A DNA stretch of 64,000 bases from Dicyema japonicum (Eukaryota > Animalia > Dicyemida), in contig RDEW01000005.1 in assembly GCA_011109175.1 (NCBI GenBank), forward strand, positions 541,523-605,522, in the 5' to 3' direction. Position numbers and translations under genes: made by a program. Positions 37,570 to 51,826 of the stretch are shown piece after piece. The number at the start of each line of letters is the position of its first letter. Within the stretch, counting starts at the first letter, position 1. The notes beneath the pieces were generated by a model. It had not been told where the DNA came from and did no database searches. It saw only the letters and a list, made by a program, of their open reading frames with translations.

Positions 37570-37830
37570 CAAATACGTTTTTTTTGGTTGAGCTGGTGAC
37601 GTGGCTCTTGATCTCAATGTCTGAAAACACAGTTTCAAGCCATTGGACTTCTCCCTTCTCACGTTTAACGTCAGGGGACTCTCTAGCGTTTGGAAACGGA
37701 AGGAACTGGTCGAGGATCTTTCAAAATACAAGGTTTCAATCGCCTGCCTTCAGGAGACCAAACTTATAAACGGGATCGAAGAACAACATGGGAACTTCCG
37801 ACTAATCTTCCTTCCAGGTGGAAACAAGCA
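37570..37830 (+). mobile_element. RTE 5' end (APE start)
   Basis: LLTFNVRGL..IACLQETK. Confidence 0.8.
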
Positions 37831-38990
37831 CTAGCCTTTTGACAGGAAAGTTTTTGGCGTTTTTGATGAGTTTTTCGACATCCGACGTACTGATTTCAAT
37901 CGATTTTCCTTGAGGAATTTGAACGTTTTCAATTTGCATGGACGAGAGCATTTGTTCATGTCTATGTGACTCACTTTTGCATAGTGGTCCATTATGACAT
38001 TTGCCTGATGATTGAAATCACGTGGTGTTTGATTTTTGTCAATACTGGTGGCGTGGGTTGTCTCCATTCTAGTCTCGAAAAGTTCATGTGTGTATCGAAA
38101 GTCAGACCCAATATTTTTGCCATTTGCTAAACGGCAATTCTCTTCCCTCCGCAGTAACTTCTATTGTCCTGTTTGACAATCTTTTGTCTAAGGAGAGTTG
38201 TAACAGATTTTTCGGTATTGATTTTCATTAAACCAATAGTCGTGTTGTATTCTTTCCGTCGCTGTTTGGGTGTTCTGATCCCGTGAGGCTAAGACGATAT
38301 CGTCTGTATAAGCCAGAAGCAGGTCGTCTTCTCCATTCGGCGTCGGAATGTCAGCTGTAAATAGGTTCAATATGAATGGTGATAGCGGCGAACCCTGGGG
38401 TACTCCATTTGGGAATAAACGGGAGACAGAGTGAATGTTTCCAATGCACACTCTACCTCTTCGTCCGCTAAGGAAGTTTGTCAGCCAGCGTTTGAGGGTT
38501 TCAGGGATATCTGATTGGTGGATTTTCCATGTTAGATTCTTCCTCGGCACAGAGTCGAAAGCTTTGTGGACGTCTAGTGAGCATAACACAGTTTTCTGGT
38601 GTCTTGGCTTGTACAGAAATCCAGAGCGAATAAAGTTAGTCAGGGATTTGAGGAAGCTTGTTGTGGACCGATCCTTTTGAAACCATGCTGAAATAATTTA
38701 TCGAGAGTCCTTTCAGTGATTTTTGCGAGGATAAGTTTTTCAAGAATTTTTGACATGGAGCATAAGAGAGAAATAGGCCTGAAGGAAGCTGGGTCTTCTT
38801 TCGGTTTTCCTGGCTTCAATACTGGGCGAATGTTTGCAAGTTTCCATATAGTTGGGATTGAATTATAATTAATCGAACAGTTGTAAATTTTGGTCAGGGT
38901 ACCGATTCCCTCATTGCCTAGGTTTTCAGGAGGATTATGGAATTCCGTGTGGACCACGAGAATGTGTTACTTTGTTTGGCTTAGGGATGC
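37831..38990 (-). mobile_element. LINE-A RT fragment
   Basis: KPGKPKEDPASFRPISLL, LDVHKAFDSV, GVPQGSPLSP and AYTDDIVL. Confidence 0.9.
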
Positions 38991-39044
38991 CATTACTCCT
39001 TTTCCGTGAAATAAGTTAATTGATTCCTTTTCAGTCTTCCCAGC

Positions 39045-42012
39045 GGCGGTTTATTTGGTTGAGCTGATGACGTGGCTCTATTGCACACATGTCTTTTTCG
39101 TGCTTTTCTTCGGGATCTTTCACTATTAGCTCGTTCAATGTAAGAGGATTAATGTCGGATATAAAAGAAGAAATTTATGCGTGGATCTTGGATCGTACAA
39201 GGTAACCGTTACGTGCTTACAGGAAACGAAAGTAAAAGGCGGACTAGATGAAATCAACAATGATTTCCGCCTGATTCTGCACCCTTCGAATTGTCCACAC
39301 TACGGCATGGGATTTGCAATACAAAAAGAACTGAACAATCGAATCCACAAGACGTGGAGGGTGAGCGATAGAATATGTGTTTTACAATTAAAATACGGTG
39401 AAAGGAACAATTCCATAATCTCCATTATTAATTTACATGCACCAACTTCGGTGAGAGTATCAATCAATGGAGACGAACTAGACGACTTTTATTCCTCCCT
39501 GTCGCAACTATATGCATCTTTGGAAACATCGTTCATGACATACATCGCCGGAGATTGGAACGCAAAGGCAGGACGTGGGAGTAGTCACGAAGAATTCATG
39601 GGAGCCATGGGAAGGGGGATCAGGAACATTCAGGAGAATCGCTTATCGAATTTTGCAATACATTCAAACTATTTCTATGCAACACTGCTTTCAGCAGCTA
39701 CCGAAAGGACAAATCTGGGATTATCAAGCCTATATATAACCAAATAGATTACATTATCTGCAAACAAGCCTACAAGGCACTGCTAACAGATTCTCGGAGC
39801 TACAGTGAGACACTAGTAGATAGTGATCACAGATTGGTTGTGGCACGTTTCCTTTTCAAACGATATTTTGGGGTTTCCAAAGCGGCTGGTATGAGGATAC
39901 TGAGGGGAGGTTCGCAGTAGAGCAACTCTGCATGGTGGGACCGACTCGGGAAAGCTATCAAAATACATTGAGAGAAAAGATCAGACAGTGGAATAAAGAA
40001 AAAATGCTTGGAGCTGTGGCAAGACACCATCGATTCAATAAAGTGCGCGGCCCATTCAACAGTCGGAGTAAAACCGAAGCATTTCAACGGGCACTATGAC
40101 CACGAGCTTGAAGAACTATCCAAATTGCAAAGGAACCTACGTTTACAGGTCGAAACCTGTCAGGACCAGGCAAAGGAACACACTCTAAGAGTCATGCGGA
40201 ACCAAACCCTGTATAAAATAAAGAAAAGAACGAGGGAAATAAAGGAAAATAAACTTGCTGGAATGGCTAAAGAAGTAGAAAGACTCAAAAACGGAGCGCA
40301 AATGTTCAAGGCTGTTCACCTACTACATAGAGACACGCAGTCATTAAAAATCACAATACATGATCAGTTTGGAAAGACTATGTTAAACAAAAATGAAATT
40401 TTATCGGCCACATCCAGACATTATCAGCAGGCCTTCAATCAAAACCACGGGGAAAAATCAAACAATTTGATGATGAAGCACGAGAACTAAATATTCCGGT
40501 AACGATTCTGGAAACAAAACAAGCCCTGACAAAACTGGAACTTCTCAAATATGCACCTACCGAGATCTCTGAGCTATTAACTGAGATATACAACAAATCA
40601 TTCAAATACAACTCACCCCTGGATGAGTGTAATGGCACACTAATTGCACTACAAAGACCGGGCAAAGCTAAAGGCCCCTTAACGAATTTAAGACCCATCG
40701 TACTATTGACGATTCTACGGAAAACACTATCACTTATATTGCTGAACAGGATTGGATCTGACATCGAGAACTTTCTCTCTCACGGTTAAAGTGGATTCAG
40801 GTCAGGGAGATCTACAGCTGATGTGGCCTGGGGACATCGATGGCTTTGTGCAACACATCAAAAGTACAAGGGGCTATTGGCATCCTTGGCATGGACATGT
40901 CCAAAGCCTTTGACTCTATACACAGAGGGAAACTTTTGGATATCTTGGAGAAGTTGGTTGACGAGGACAGTGTCAGAATGATCCGTCTATTACTTGAAAC
41001 AACGAAGCTAAGTGTACGTTTTGGAAATTTGGAGTCTGTCCCATTCGAGACGACGTTCGGGGTACCGCAGGGAGATTCCTTGTCACCGGTACTTTTTGTG
41101 ACATATCTGGAGGCAGCATCAGAGACTTCAGACTATTAATTGGCGATCTACCTCAAACTGAAGTGATTTATACAGATGATATCGACTATATATCCAGCGA
41201 CGAGAAAACATTAAACTATATACGGACAAGGATGCCAGATGTCCTAGAAAAATGATTCATCAAAATCAATACGGAAAAGACGGAGACAACTACCATACGC
41301 CGTGAACTAACCCGAATTGATGAAAAATGGGAGATACTGTAAAAAATTGGGTCGTTGCTCGGAGACGCTGAGGATATCACCAACAGGAAGATGTTGGCCG
41401 TCGCGGCCTTTAGAAAAATGGAGTAGTCTGGAATCATCGTAAACAAATTAGCACACAATTACGTGTAAGACTATACAATGCCTTCGTGAAACCAATCCTA
41501 ATATACAACGCTGCAACCTGGGGTGTTTTAGAAGCGGTAATGGACAAACTAGTTGCCTTCCATCGTAAGCAACTCCGACTGTTGATGGCATCAACTGGCC
41601 AAAAAAAATTACAAACAAGAATCTATACAGAGTATGTAATACAAGACCATTGAGTCTGGATATCCTGGAATCAAGATGGCGTCTGTTTGATCACATCCTT
41701 AGAATGAGCGAGATGACGCCTGCTAAAATAGCAATGGATAACTATTTCTGCCCAGAAGTGAATACCTCGTTTCGTGGAAGACCTCGCATAACTTTTCCAG
41801 AGGTTCTACACAAGGACCTGACCAATGTAGGACGAAAGCTGAAAACTGGAGATGATCTGGATACGCTCGGAATAACTGCCTGTAACCGCGGAGCATGGAG
41901 GAAGTTGGTCAAGAGAATTGTGAAAAAAATAACCTGAAGAAAAATACGGCACAAGCGGAACCTTAATTAAATAAATTACATTTTTGGTTCTTCGAAAGTG
42001 CTATTAATAATA
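39045..42012 (+). mobile_element. RTE retrotransposon, near full length, degenerate
   Basis: APE (FNVRG, CLQETK, AGDWNAK, DSDH) and RT (DMSKAFDSI, GVPQGDSLSPVLF, RWRLFDHILR). It ends gaaagtgctattaataataat. Confidence 0.9.
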
Positions 42013-42014
42013 AT

Positions 42015-43100
42015 AGCGGCGGTTTGGGTGGGTCAGTCCTCATGTGGTTTTTGTGAGAGATTTTCGCGTAGTATTTTATTAGGGCATTTTAGTCTTTTGG
42101 CTGAATTCGTAATTTCCGGGTGTCTTCTCATCCACCTTCGAGATATTTTGAATAGTCTTCCAGACTTCGGATGTTGACCGGTTACGATTTAATGACGTAA
42201 AGACCATCTTCCATTTAGCTCTCTGTATTTTGAATTCATTGGCTTTTATTTCCTCGTTCAGCACTTTTAGACGGATCCCTGCTTTTTTGAGACGGTTTCG
42301 TTCCTTGATCAGAACCTTCTTTCCGTACTGTCTCGTGTAAACGACATATCTTTTAGGGACAGCCATTGTTATTGCTTCCAGGATGACTTTATTGACGTAG
42401 GCAACCAATATGTCAAGGGAGGTAAAGTTTTCCATTTGTATATTAGCCAAATGTTGGTCCGTAACTGATCGGAATAATTGGACCAATTAATCGTTGTTGA
42501 AAGCTGTGGTGAACAGAGTGTGATATCTGGGGAGGTTGGATTGTCAGAGTTCCTTTGAGGTGTTCTTGTGTTTTTTGATGAATTATTGATGATTGTCAGA
42601 TTGCGACAACAGGAAATTTCCTCTTGTATCTGCAGACTGATTTAGCAGCCAGAGAGGGTGTTTGCCATTAAAATCGCCGCATATCACGACTTCCAAATTT
42701 CCAATGCTGATAAGTCCGGCATAGTGTAATGTTTCGGACATGAGCCCGGAGGCGGAATATACATGTTTACAAAATATAGTCTTCCTTTTGTTGTGCCAAC
42801 AGATATTCTGATTGTCTCCGTGGTTTCATCACTTCCCAAAAGTTTCTTCGCTTCGAGTGTTTGGTCCTCATACTTTATGCCTTTTCTGATTAATCTAAGT
42901 AGTCCTCCTCCACGTTTCTTAGTGTATTATGTTGTATCCCGGAAAGAGGGGCGTAGTATCTTTTGCTGATACTTCGAGTCTTGAATGAACACGATGTCAG
43001 CTTTAAGTTTAACAATCAGAGTTCTAAGTTCAGTAATTTTGCCTTTTATTCCGTTCACATTCAGTTGTATAACGAAGATCCTGTCCTTCGACTTGTGTAA
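42015..43100 (-). mobile_element. LINE-A APE + linker fragment
   Basis: APE start (IQLNVNGIKGK, FIQDSK), ICGDFNGKHP, and a linker matching 14957-15448. Confidence 0.8.
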
Positions 43101-43199
43101 TACAGTAACCTCTTTGATTAGTTAATACAGTAAACTCTCTTAAATTTGCCATTTTTCTAAATAATTTTTTAAAGTCTTTAAAAATTACTGAAAATTAAA

Positions 43200-43900
43200 A
43201 CAATAAAACTATATTCCAGTAGCATGCCTTGTTGTGAATTCAGTGGTCGATATACAAGACTTGCTATCGAACAAAAAGTGCAAATATTGCGTTGTATGGA
43301 CGACAGCAACTTATTATCATGCAAAGGAATAGCCGATAAATTTTCTTTTTTGTTTTAAGTAAACTTTTACAGTTGACGCTATCTTAAAGAGTTGTGAGTC
43401 AATTTTGGAACAATTCCAAACTAAAAATTCATCAACAAAAACAGTCAAAAAGTTGAAGTTCCCGCAATTTGATGAAAAGCTTGTTGAGTGGATGGATTCG
43501 ATGAAATCAAAAGGTATTCTTAATGTTTTTAAATTTTAAGGTGAATTGTTGAACGATGCATTAATATCCAGTAAAGCAGAATGTTCTTTCCTAAAATTGC
43601 TACAGAAATAATTCTGCCATTTGGGAATTATTAAAACAAGTCCATTTTAATAGACACAAATTGGAGTATCTTACTGGATTAATGGAAAAAGAAAACATGC
43701 CAGTTTATAAATCACATAAAAATTTGAACCTTAAAGACACTATCAAAATACCCTGGGAAGATGTTTCCCAATAACTATTTCAAAATTATTGATTAAATTC
43801 TTAAATTTGCCTTTTCTCAAATATGACGCAAAAATGCTGGAATCAAAAATGGCAAATTTGGGAGAGTTTACTTATTAACTTTTTTATTGTTGGTTAAATA
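43200..43900 (+). mobile_element. pogo/Tigger (CENP-B-type) transposase relic with 27-nt intron
   Basis: RLAIEQKVQIL..IADKF..KKLKFPQFDEKLVEWMDSMKSK|G ELLNDALISSKA; GT-AG intron 43514-43540. Confidence 0.7.
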
Positions 43901-44169
43901 ATGCAGTTAAAATAAATTTTACTTAAAGTGACGATCAATTGTCCTCGTCTTATTTGGCTAGAAAGATATTGCATCCTCATGCATCTATAAACTTCATAGT
44001 CACACGATTGTAAATAAAAGTTGATAAACAAAAACAAGGCTAGTCAAAATCCTTAGAGAAAATTAAATACTTATTTCAACACTTTAGTCAGTCTATCCTT
44101 TCAGCTTGAAATTGGGAAATATAATAAGTTGATCAGAGAATATAGTTGGGTTCTTGATAAAAATAGGAA

Positions 44170-44680
44170 AAGTCCTTTATTTCTTTTATAAATAAAATAA
44201 AAAAAGAGGTCCCGGACTGTATGGCTATTCCTTCTCAGGATGGCGAGCGAGATTTGCTCAAATAGCAAGCAGCGATCACGGGGATCTCCTGATCGTGCGG
44301 AAATCTGATTCCCTAGATGACTCAAAAATTCAATGGTCGCAGGCGTAAGTGAACCAGACGTTTAAACAGCGAGCGGAACAAACAAAAAAATCATCGGGTA
44401 GGACCGCGTGCTTTAATCTTAATGACTTCTCAGCCTTCTTACCGGCAGACAGATTTTTTCATCAGCAAGAATTTAGGGAGGGAGTGTAAAATCATTTTGA
44501 CAAGGATGTTAAAGACTATTAGGACGAGAGATATGTACGGAGAGAAATATCTAATTCCAACCCTTCCAATTCTGACCGTCTGTGTGGCCTGCTTCCAACC
44601 AGAATCAGTACTTTGCAGGATTAGAGAAAAGATTCTATAATCTCCACTTCTGAGGGAAGTGAAGGAAATTTTGAACATGA
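44170..44680 (-). mobile_element. CRE-like fragment (RT C-terminus + RLE end)
   Basis: DSGWKQATQTVRIGRVGIR (CRE W.QA.LP.R.GGLGIR motif) and SGDPRDRCLLFEQISLAILRRN. Confidence 0.8.
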
Positions 44681-45169
44681 GATAAGATTTAAGTTATCCG
44701 TGAAGTAGTAATGAAGATCTTCATTAATTCTAAGTAACACCATATAATAATAACCGAAAGTCATCACTGATTACTATAACTGAAGTGAATATTCCATGTG
44801 TTGTCTAAATATATACAGGACACCATTGATGTATATAAATCTTTCATGACAACGCCAATCTTGTGTTATGCATATCTTAAATTCACTAATGATGATCAGG
44901 GAATTATTACTTGAAGTTTACAAAGATTACTTTTTGAAATACATTTTGCTATATTACATTTAAAAAAACTGACTGAAAAAGATATCTAATATTCTAATCG
45001 TTCTAGGATCTTTCAAAAATATCACAACGAGAATACAAAGTCATCCTATCAAAGTAATAAGAACTATTGAGTACCATAACAAATTGGCTATAAGAAAATA
45101 AATCTAAAAATAGCGCATCATACCTAAAATTTTTATAATTTTATTTATAAGTTGGTCAAAGTAATACTG

Positions 45170-46432
45170 AACGGGAATGGATCCAACGAGGAAACAGAAA
45201 GTCCAAGGCGTTATTAATTCTAGAGATTCGTGAAAGGGGATTCATAATAATTCTAATGATGGGAATACTAACCTTGAAGTTGGACAATTCATGGAAATAT
45301 TCCTTCTACTTCTTCGGTTTTAACGATTTATAAAGTCTGGTTGTTTGGGGGTTATCTATTGCGTGGTCCTGTTCGCTATGATTCGTGACTATCCGTCCCA
45401 ACATCCATGGATCACAAAAACGAGATATTTTTATCACCAGAAACACACAAAGGTCACAAAATACAAAAATATCAGTAAATTATAATTTTTCACAAAAAGG
45501 AAATTCCATTTAAGAAGATGTTCACATAAAAACAGTGTATTTACTTTTGTCAATTTGCCACTGTTTGGGGGATCTTCGGTACCAATGTGTTGCTTCCAAA
45601 GTATTTGTATGCAATATTCAGATTTCAAGTAAAAATGTATATTAATAATTTTAAAGCAAATATTCTTTTTAATTTTGCCTCAAATCATGATAGTATTCAC
45701 CTATTTGACCTCGATTATTTTATTATTATTATTATAAGCAACTACATAGAATCATATAAACTATAATTCTATTCGTGCCGCGTCCGAACAATCCTCTTAA
45801 TTAGCCTTTCCCATCCCCTCCTGTCCGATGCCAAGTTCCGCAGACTACTAAGGTCTTCACCGTCCTTTAGTTGTCTGGTTACTGATCTCAGGTCACCATT
45901 AAGGACTTCCGGAAGAGTTATTCTTATTCTTCGAGTATTTTGTCAGATTATATAATCAACAAAAAGTTACTAAGCATAACAAAAACACGGAAAGTCTATA
46001 ATTTCTCGGTAGATTTCCGTAGTATCGGTAGGTTACGATCCACCGGGGTTTCTGCAGATTCTTCGACATTTCTGAAAAAAAACAATGTCAATATATCAAT
46101 TTTCGTTTTTAGTATTGGGCATCTGTTGGCTGGATGTCAACTATCAAGGAATTCAACATACATATTGGTTATTGCTCCAAGGTACATTGGAATCAATACG
46201 GGGATATCTAAAACATTTGGTGGATTAGCAGAAATCATTGCTCCAATAGTGAATGAATACATAACATACAATCAGGTGGATAATAATTATGATGACCTTT
46301 TAGTTCGACATTGTAAATTGGAGGATCGTTTTCATAATTTCCACAGCCTTCAACGTCTTGGTAAGCATCTTTTTTCTGTGTTATTCCAGTGGCAAGATTC
46401 AAGAGTGGGCACAGAATGTATTGGAAAAATAA
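45170..46432 (+). pseudogene. SLC17-family (sialin/VGLUT-like) MFS transporter, 3' half, disrupted
   Basis: SWKYSFYFFG, DYPSQHPWIT, KEIPFKKMFT, WG..NVLLPKYL, IAPRYIGINTGISKTFGGLAEIIAPIV | intron 46276-46303 (28 nt) | NWRIVFII..SSGKIQEWAQ*. It has several frameshifts and an RTE stub at 45720-45935. Confidence 0.8.
45720..45935 (-). mobile_element. RTE 3' stub inserted antisense in the SLC17 gene
   Basis: RITLPEVLNGDL..LKDGEDLSSLRNLASDRRGWERL with a (TAA)n tail. Confidence 0.8.
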
Positions 46433-46565
46433 CCTTGAATAACCTAATAATTCTTATTTTGGGCTAAATTGGTTGTAATCACATATTAAGTCAATTTAAC
46501 AAAACTTTAAAAAATGAAAGTGTTCTTTTTTAGACAGCTATCGACCTCACATCAAAATTAAGAAT

Positions 46566-46885
46566 ATAATAATAATATTTGCACTGTCCGAGGAGCCATA
46601 TATAGCTTCCCTCATGCAGAACACAAACTTTATTTTAAACAAAGAATAGTTATAATAGCTAATCGAGGGAGGATTAAGGAATGCTCTTCACTTCTTTGTT
46701 TTCTTGGGTGTATGTCCTTTATAGACAATACGGCTCCACAGTGAAGTTCACTGATGACGCCGTCACTCGTCAAGCCATTGCATATTGATGTGTGGAACCT
46801 TCAAACGAATGTGCAGTATCGGGATTCAAACTAGCGACCTTCAGGCCTCTTTCCCGGCAACCGTTATACTGCGTCGACCTGCCAG
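46566..46885 (-). mobile_element. tRNA-derived SINE (copy 2)
   Basis: The reverse complement aligns end to end with 32268-32547: head AGTTTGAATCCCG, core gacgagtgacggcgtcatcagtg, tail tatggctcctcggacagtgcaaatattattat. Confidence 0.75.
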
Positions 46886-47279
46886 AAAAAAAATCCATAA
46901 TAAAAGAAATCTAAACAGGGAAGAGTAAAGGGAACTATTGACCAAAAAATAATATTTACAAAAAAACGTGGTTTTGTTGTGGTATGCCTGTTGTAAAAAG
47001 TGCTTATACAAAAAGGGTTACAAAAATCAAAAAGGCCGCCTCTTGAGAGGTTTTAAGAAGAATAGTATTAAGAGCATTAGGATCCTTCTCTGGGACTGGA
47101 TAAATTCAAATCACCGACCAGAAGAGAATCGACATACCATTTTGAAGATAAAAAATGTATTAACAGTTGAATTCTCGACAAAAGCATGGGGAGTTTTAAA
47201 TTTACAAACCTATTATGTGAGTTGAAATTCCTGTAGAGCGCCAGAATGACTGAAAACATTCGAGTGATTTTACGATTAT

Positions 47280-48260
47280 TATTATTAAAAACACTTTCAC
47301 AGAACTAAAGAACGTTATATTAACTAAGGTCCCGTTTGAGCCACACGTTTCTAGATTTGCTTCACTAGGCGTCTCCATCGCCCTCTGCTTTTCGCATCTG
47401 TTCGTAGATCATCTAAGTCTTCTGCAGATTTAATTTTTCTTTCAATTCCATTAAGATCTTTATTCAGAGCCACGGGTAGAGTGACTCTGGGTCTTCCTTT
47501 GAATGATGATTTGTTCTCATTGTTAAAGTAATTGTCCATTTGCAGATGCGTTTATGTCCATTCTAAGCACGTGCCCAAACAGTCTCCATCTTGATTCAAT
47601 ACTGTCGATGCTTATTGGCCTCGATTGTGCCACAGAGTATAATTTCTTATTTGAAATCTTCTTGGGCCAACCTAGGCCCATTAAATTGCGTAATTGTTTT
47701 CGATGAAATATGTCCATTTTCTTGAGCTCTAGCTCTGTGACTCCCCCGTATACCCGAGTTGTACATAAGCACCGGCTTTATTCTTAAATTCTCGAGGGAT
47801 TTTCTCTAAAGCAACTCCAAATTCCAGATCATTTTCTGACAAAAAATCTATGTCATCTTTATATATAATCTCCATCGGCATGCATCCTTCACATTTTGTT
47901 CTAAGAGTTCTCAATGCCGCTTCCAGGTATATGACAAATAGAACCGGAGATAGAGAGTCCCCCTAAGGTATTCCAACTGTTGTCCCGAAAGGCTTCGATG
48001 TTCTGTTCCTAACTCGTACATTTAATTCAGTATTTGATAATAGGAAACGGACAAGTCTTATGTTATCCTCATCAAGGAAACTTCCAGCAACGTCCAACAA
48101 AGTTTTTCTGATGACAGCGTCAAACGCACTGGACATGTCCACTCCCAAAATCTTAAAATCACTCGTGTATCTTTGACACATGGAACATATCCACCTGTGT
48201 GACCAAACAGTATCACCCCAATTCCTATTCCCGAAACCAACCCGCCCACAGAGAAGTTGT
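47280..48260 (-). mobile_element. RTE 3' half, degenerate
   Basis: GVDMSSAFDAV, GDSLSPVLF, RWRLFGHVLR, FKGRPR; tail gaaagtgtttttaataataataa. Confidence 0.85.
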
Positions 48261-48399
48261 GTTAAATCCCAGAAAATGAGAATTCGAGATCACTTAATTA
48301 ATTTAGTAATTAAATTAACTATTGGTGTTCTTGGATTAATAATAATTGAAGAGAGAAGTCCTACAAGAATCAATTTTGAACCCTCTATTATTTAATGTT

Positions 48400-49030
48400 C
48401 TAATGGCCGGTTTCCCAGGTCAACAAGTACATGATCTCTGATACGCAGACGACGTACTACTGTCTGATGTGTGAGATCGAGCATGATCTCAGAGAGGAGG
48501 CTCAATGTGTAAATAGAAGAGAACTGTCAGAAGAAAAATCTAGCGCAATGAGGTTATTCGTTCGGAATAGTAAAGGAAATCAGAAAGGCTCCCTATTCGG
48601 AATCAATACTGTGAGATCCCTGAAGTGTTTCGGAAAAGCTATTGAGAAAACTGGAAGTACATTATGTGACTTAATACTCCGAAGGAAGAAAGCACACCAT
48701 GCGATCTTATGTATGAGGAAATTAAGACTCGAAACAGATATTTATTTTTTCACGTACAATCATTCTATCGCTCCTCTATGGACTAGAATGATGGTATCAC
48801 ACTGCATACAAGTATCGTTTTATCTTGCTTCTTAAAAAATCAGGGATCAAGATTGCCTTGCACAAAAGGCTCGACTAGAAGTTAGATGAGTATGAAGATT
48901 TGTTTGTAATGTCGATCAGAGATGCAGCAGTGAAAAGGATGAAAAACTTTATAAAAAGAAATGTCATCCTTTACTCCTATGTCGCTCACGTAAATCAAGA
49001 TAAGAACGTAAATCAATTTGGTGACCACAA
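48400..49030 (+). mobile_element. LINE 3' fragment related to 12353-13320
   Basis: DNA match 48853-48965 with 13083-13190. Confidence 0.55.
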
Positions 49031-49574
49031 CGTAGGCGCGCCACCAAAAATAAAAATTATTGTTCTTTTGATGTGGAGACTCAAAAGCAGTGAGTTGTAT
49101 GACTTTTTACATCTGTCAAGGAATTGTAGACAAAGAATTGTGAAATGGTCCCTAATTGCGAGAACGTTTGACTCCTAGTGTGGGTGATCAGATGATGTGT
49201 TATTAGACAGTCAGTAATTATATTTATAGAATAATTTTGAATCATTTATATTTTTTCGACGTTTGTTATTAATGATACCCCAACTGGGAACAGTTCATTT
49301 CATCGTTATTCTAATCTATTTTTCCAATAGCCAAATAACGTGGAGTATGTTGAGCTTCCAAGATTTTTCGCATACATACGAGATATGCTTTAAAATGATA
49401 ATAAAGTATCAAATACAACACCAATTATTTTAGAATTTTTGATCACAGGTAAGATAGAGTTGCTTAGAAACAGCATTGTTTCCATGTTGAACTTACGAAG
49501 CTCTGTAGTGAAAAGCGTTACTGTTGACTTTTTGTCAGAAGTGATGAAAAGATTTTAGTTTATCCAAAAGAAAT

Positions 49575-50330
49575 TTGTTCTGGTTGAAGTGGTGACGACG
49601 TTTCTATGTCTTATTCGTATTCCTTACTGACTTTTCCGTATACTTACAACATCTCTGTCTCTCAAGAAACACAACTGGCATGCGATCTAACAAAATACAA
49701 CATCTCTGTCTGCTGTCAATACGATTGTACAATGTATAGAACTGTGTGGCAAATTCCACCATTTTACTCTCTCATCGGCCTGCCTAAACTATGGTCTCGG
49801 ATTTGCAGTCCATCAGGACCACACTACTGTGTTACAAAAGTGTGGACAGCATCTGATCGTGTCGGAGTGCTGCAAATCAAATGCGGATATAAAATCAACT
49901 CAGTCATTTCCATTATAAATATGCGAGTCTTTACAAATATCGAAGAGCTGGACGCATGTTACTCTACTCTCATGATTGTATACAACTCGCTTTCGTCCTC
50001 ATACATTCTTCTTGTCCCCGGGAACTCGAATGCCAGGGCTGGAAAAGTCAAATCAGAAGAAAGGGAAGAAATCGTCGCAACCTTCTTGGTGAGTCACTAA
50101 TACAAAATTCGATATCATATGGAAGACTTGAAACTAGCAGTGATCACAAATCACAAACCTGTCAATAATACTAAACAGAATTAATGGAATACATGGAAAA
50201 CGCAAAGATATCGCCTCAGTACGATACGACACGGAAAGGCTACGTTATGAAGAATCTATCAGTCTTCGATATAGTACAACTCCATTAACGAAAATCAACC
50301 AGCAAATAAAGTATGGGAGGAAATAGTTGT
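49575..50330 (+). mobile_element. RTE 5' (APE) fragment, degenerate
   Basis: VWTASDRVGVLQIK..SIINM and GNSNARAGK match 39181-39747. Confidence 0.7.
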
Positions 50331-50394
50331 TGCTATATACATTAATAATTTATTATTATAACCCGATAATAGATATGCTATATACATTAATAAT

Positions 50395-50720
50395 TTATTA
50401 ACCCCGGGATCACTGAGAAAGACAAAAGTAAAGTCAACTAGTTAGATGATCCCAGTTCCTGTAACCAAACGTGACATCCTAAGCCTGTGCGTCTCCATTG
50501 TTCCCACTGTCGAACGGAAATGCCTTCTTTGATCTCTGAAATTTGGGTCATCATCAAACTCAGAAAATTCTATTTGTACTGACAGCCACATCTCTTCTGG
50601 GAAAAATTCATAATCAATGTTCTTGATAATTTGTTTTTAAATCTTATATTTTTCTCTTTTCTGTGAAGATGCGCATAGCTGTATTATCTTTTATCTCCTG
50701 AGATTTTGATTATTTTCCAG
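50395..50720 (-). mobile_element. LINE 3' end
   Basis: Terminus agtgatcccggggttaataa on the minus strand. Confidence 0.45.
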
Positions 50721-51399
50721 TCAACGTAATTTTAAGACGGGGAGAGGGTGTTGAAACTAACTGTTGCATAGAAATGGACTAATTACTTGGCGGTAGTTAG
50801 GGAAGATTCTGATTCCTCTTCTATCTTGATTTATAAATATTTCATATTTTTGGACTCCTGCATTCGCATTCCTGTCTTTGCAACTAGCAGTCAATAAAAA
50901 TATCAAAGTTCCTTCATATTTCTTTCTAATCCTAATAATAGAGGTCAAGTTATTCAGGATTTTTACTAACACGTTAAGTTTAGGTTCCATTTTTAATTGT
51001 ATTACACAGACACTGTTATTAACTTTGAAAAACATTAAGATTAGTTATAATAACTGTTCTTTATTTAAACAAAGTCTGTGTCATGTATGAGCGGAGCTAT
51101 AACTACAGTATTTTAATGTTGAAGGTAAGAAGGGTTAGTTGTTTTCGAAATCTCATACGCCTTGTAGACATGCGTGCAATAGAGGCACTTTCCACTTCAA
51201 CCAAAAAATAATTTAAAATTATCTAGTCACCTGACCAGTTAAAAAGAATATTATACTTTCTCTTAAAAGTATAATAATAAAAAATTTTTCGTCTATAGTT
51301 CGTGACATACATATCCTCGGGGCACAACATTTGTGTCCTCGATTTCATGTTGCAAATTACCTGCAAACGATTTCCCTCAGAAAGTTAGAGAGCCATCTT

Positions 51400-51730
51400 T
51401 TCAGGTTATAGTGGATATCCGTTTCAAATATCATTTTCGCTGAGACTTTCTTTTTATTGAACCAAATGCTTTAGTAATGTCCAGAGAAATAAGAGCGGTC
51501 AATAAATATGGCTGCGGCGCGGTAATCTTTCTTAAATAAATTGGGAGAGGGTCGTCAAGTGTAGAATGGTTATCTAAGGAGCCATGTTGAAAGATCGACA
51601 TTGGGATGCCATCTAGAATACAATCAGGATCATTCTTTGGAGAATTCTTACAACAAGATTGATATTGCTTACAGGTGTACCATCTCCGACTAGGTGGCCA
51701 ATTTATAAATTGGTTTATTTTCATTTTCAC
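51400..51730 (-). mobile_element. LINE RT fragment
   Basis: FQHGSLDNHST..ALISLDITKAFGSI. Confidence 0.6.
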
Positions 51731-51826
51731 TAATAATAAAATTATTAAATAAAATATTTTTATTGGTTAACCTGTTGAAATAAAATTTTTTAATAATATA
51801 CAAAAATGTAACTTTTATAGAACTTG

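Noticed and set aside
46745-46775. Hammerhead ribozyme from CTGATGA here and at 25644, 39064 and 10831
   Set aside because: No stem II followed by GAAA and stem III at the required spacing.
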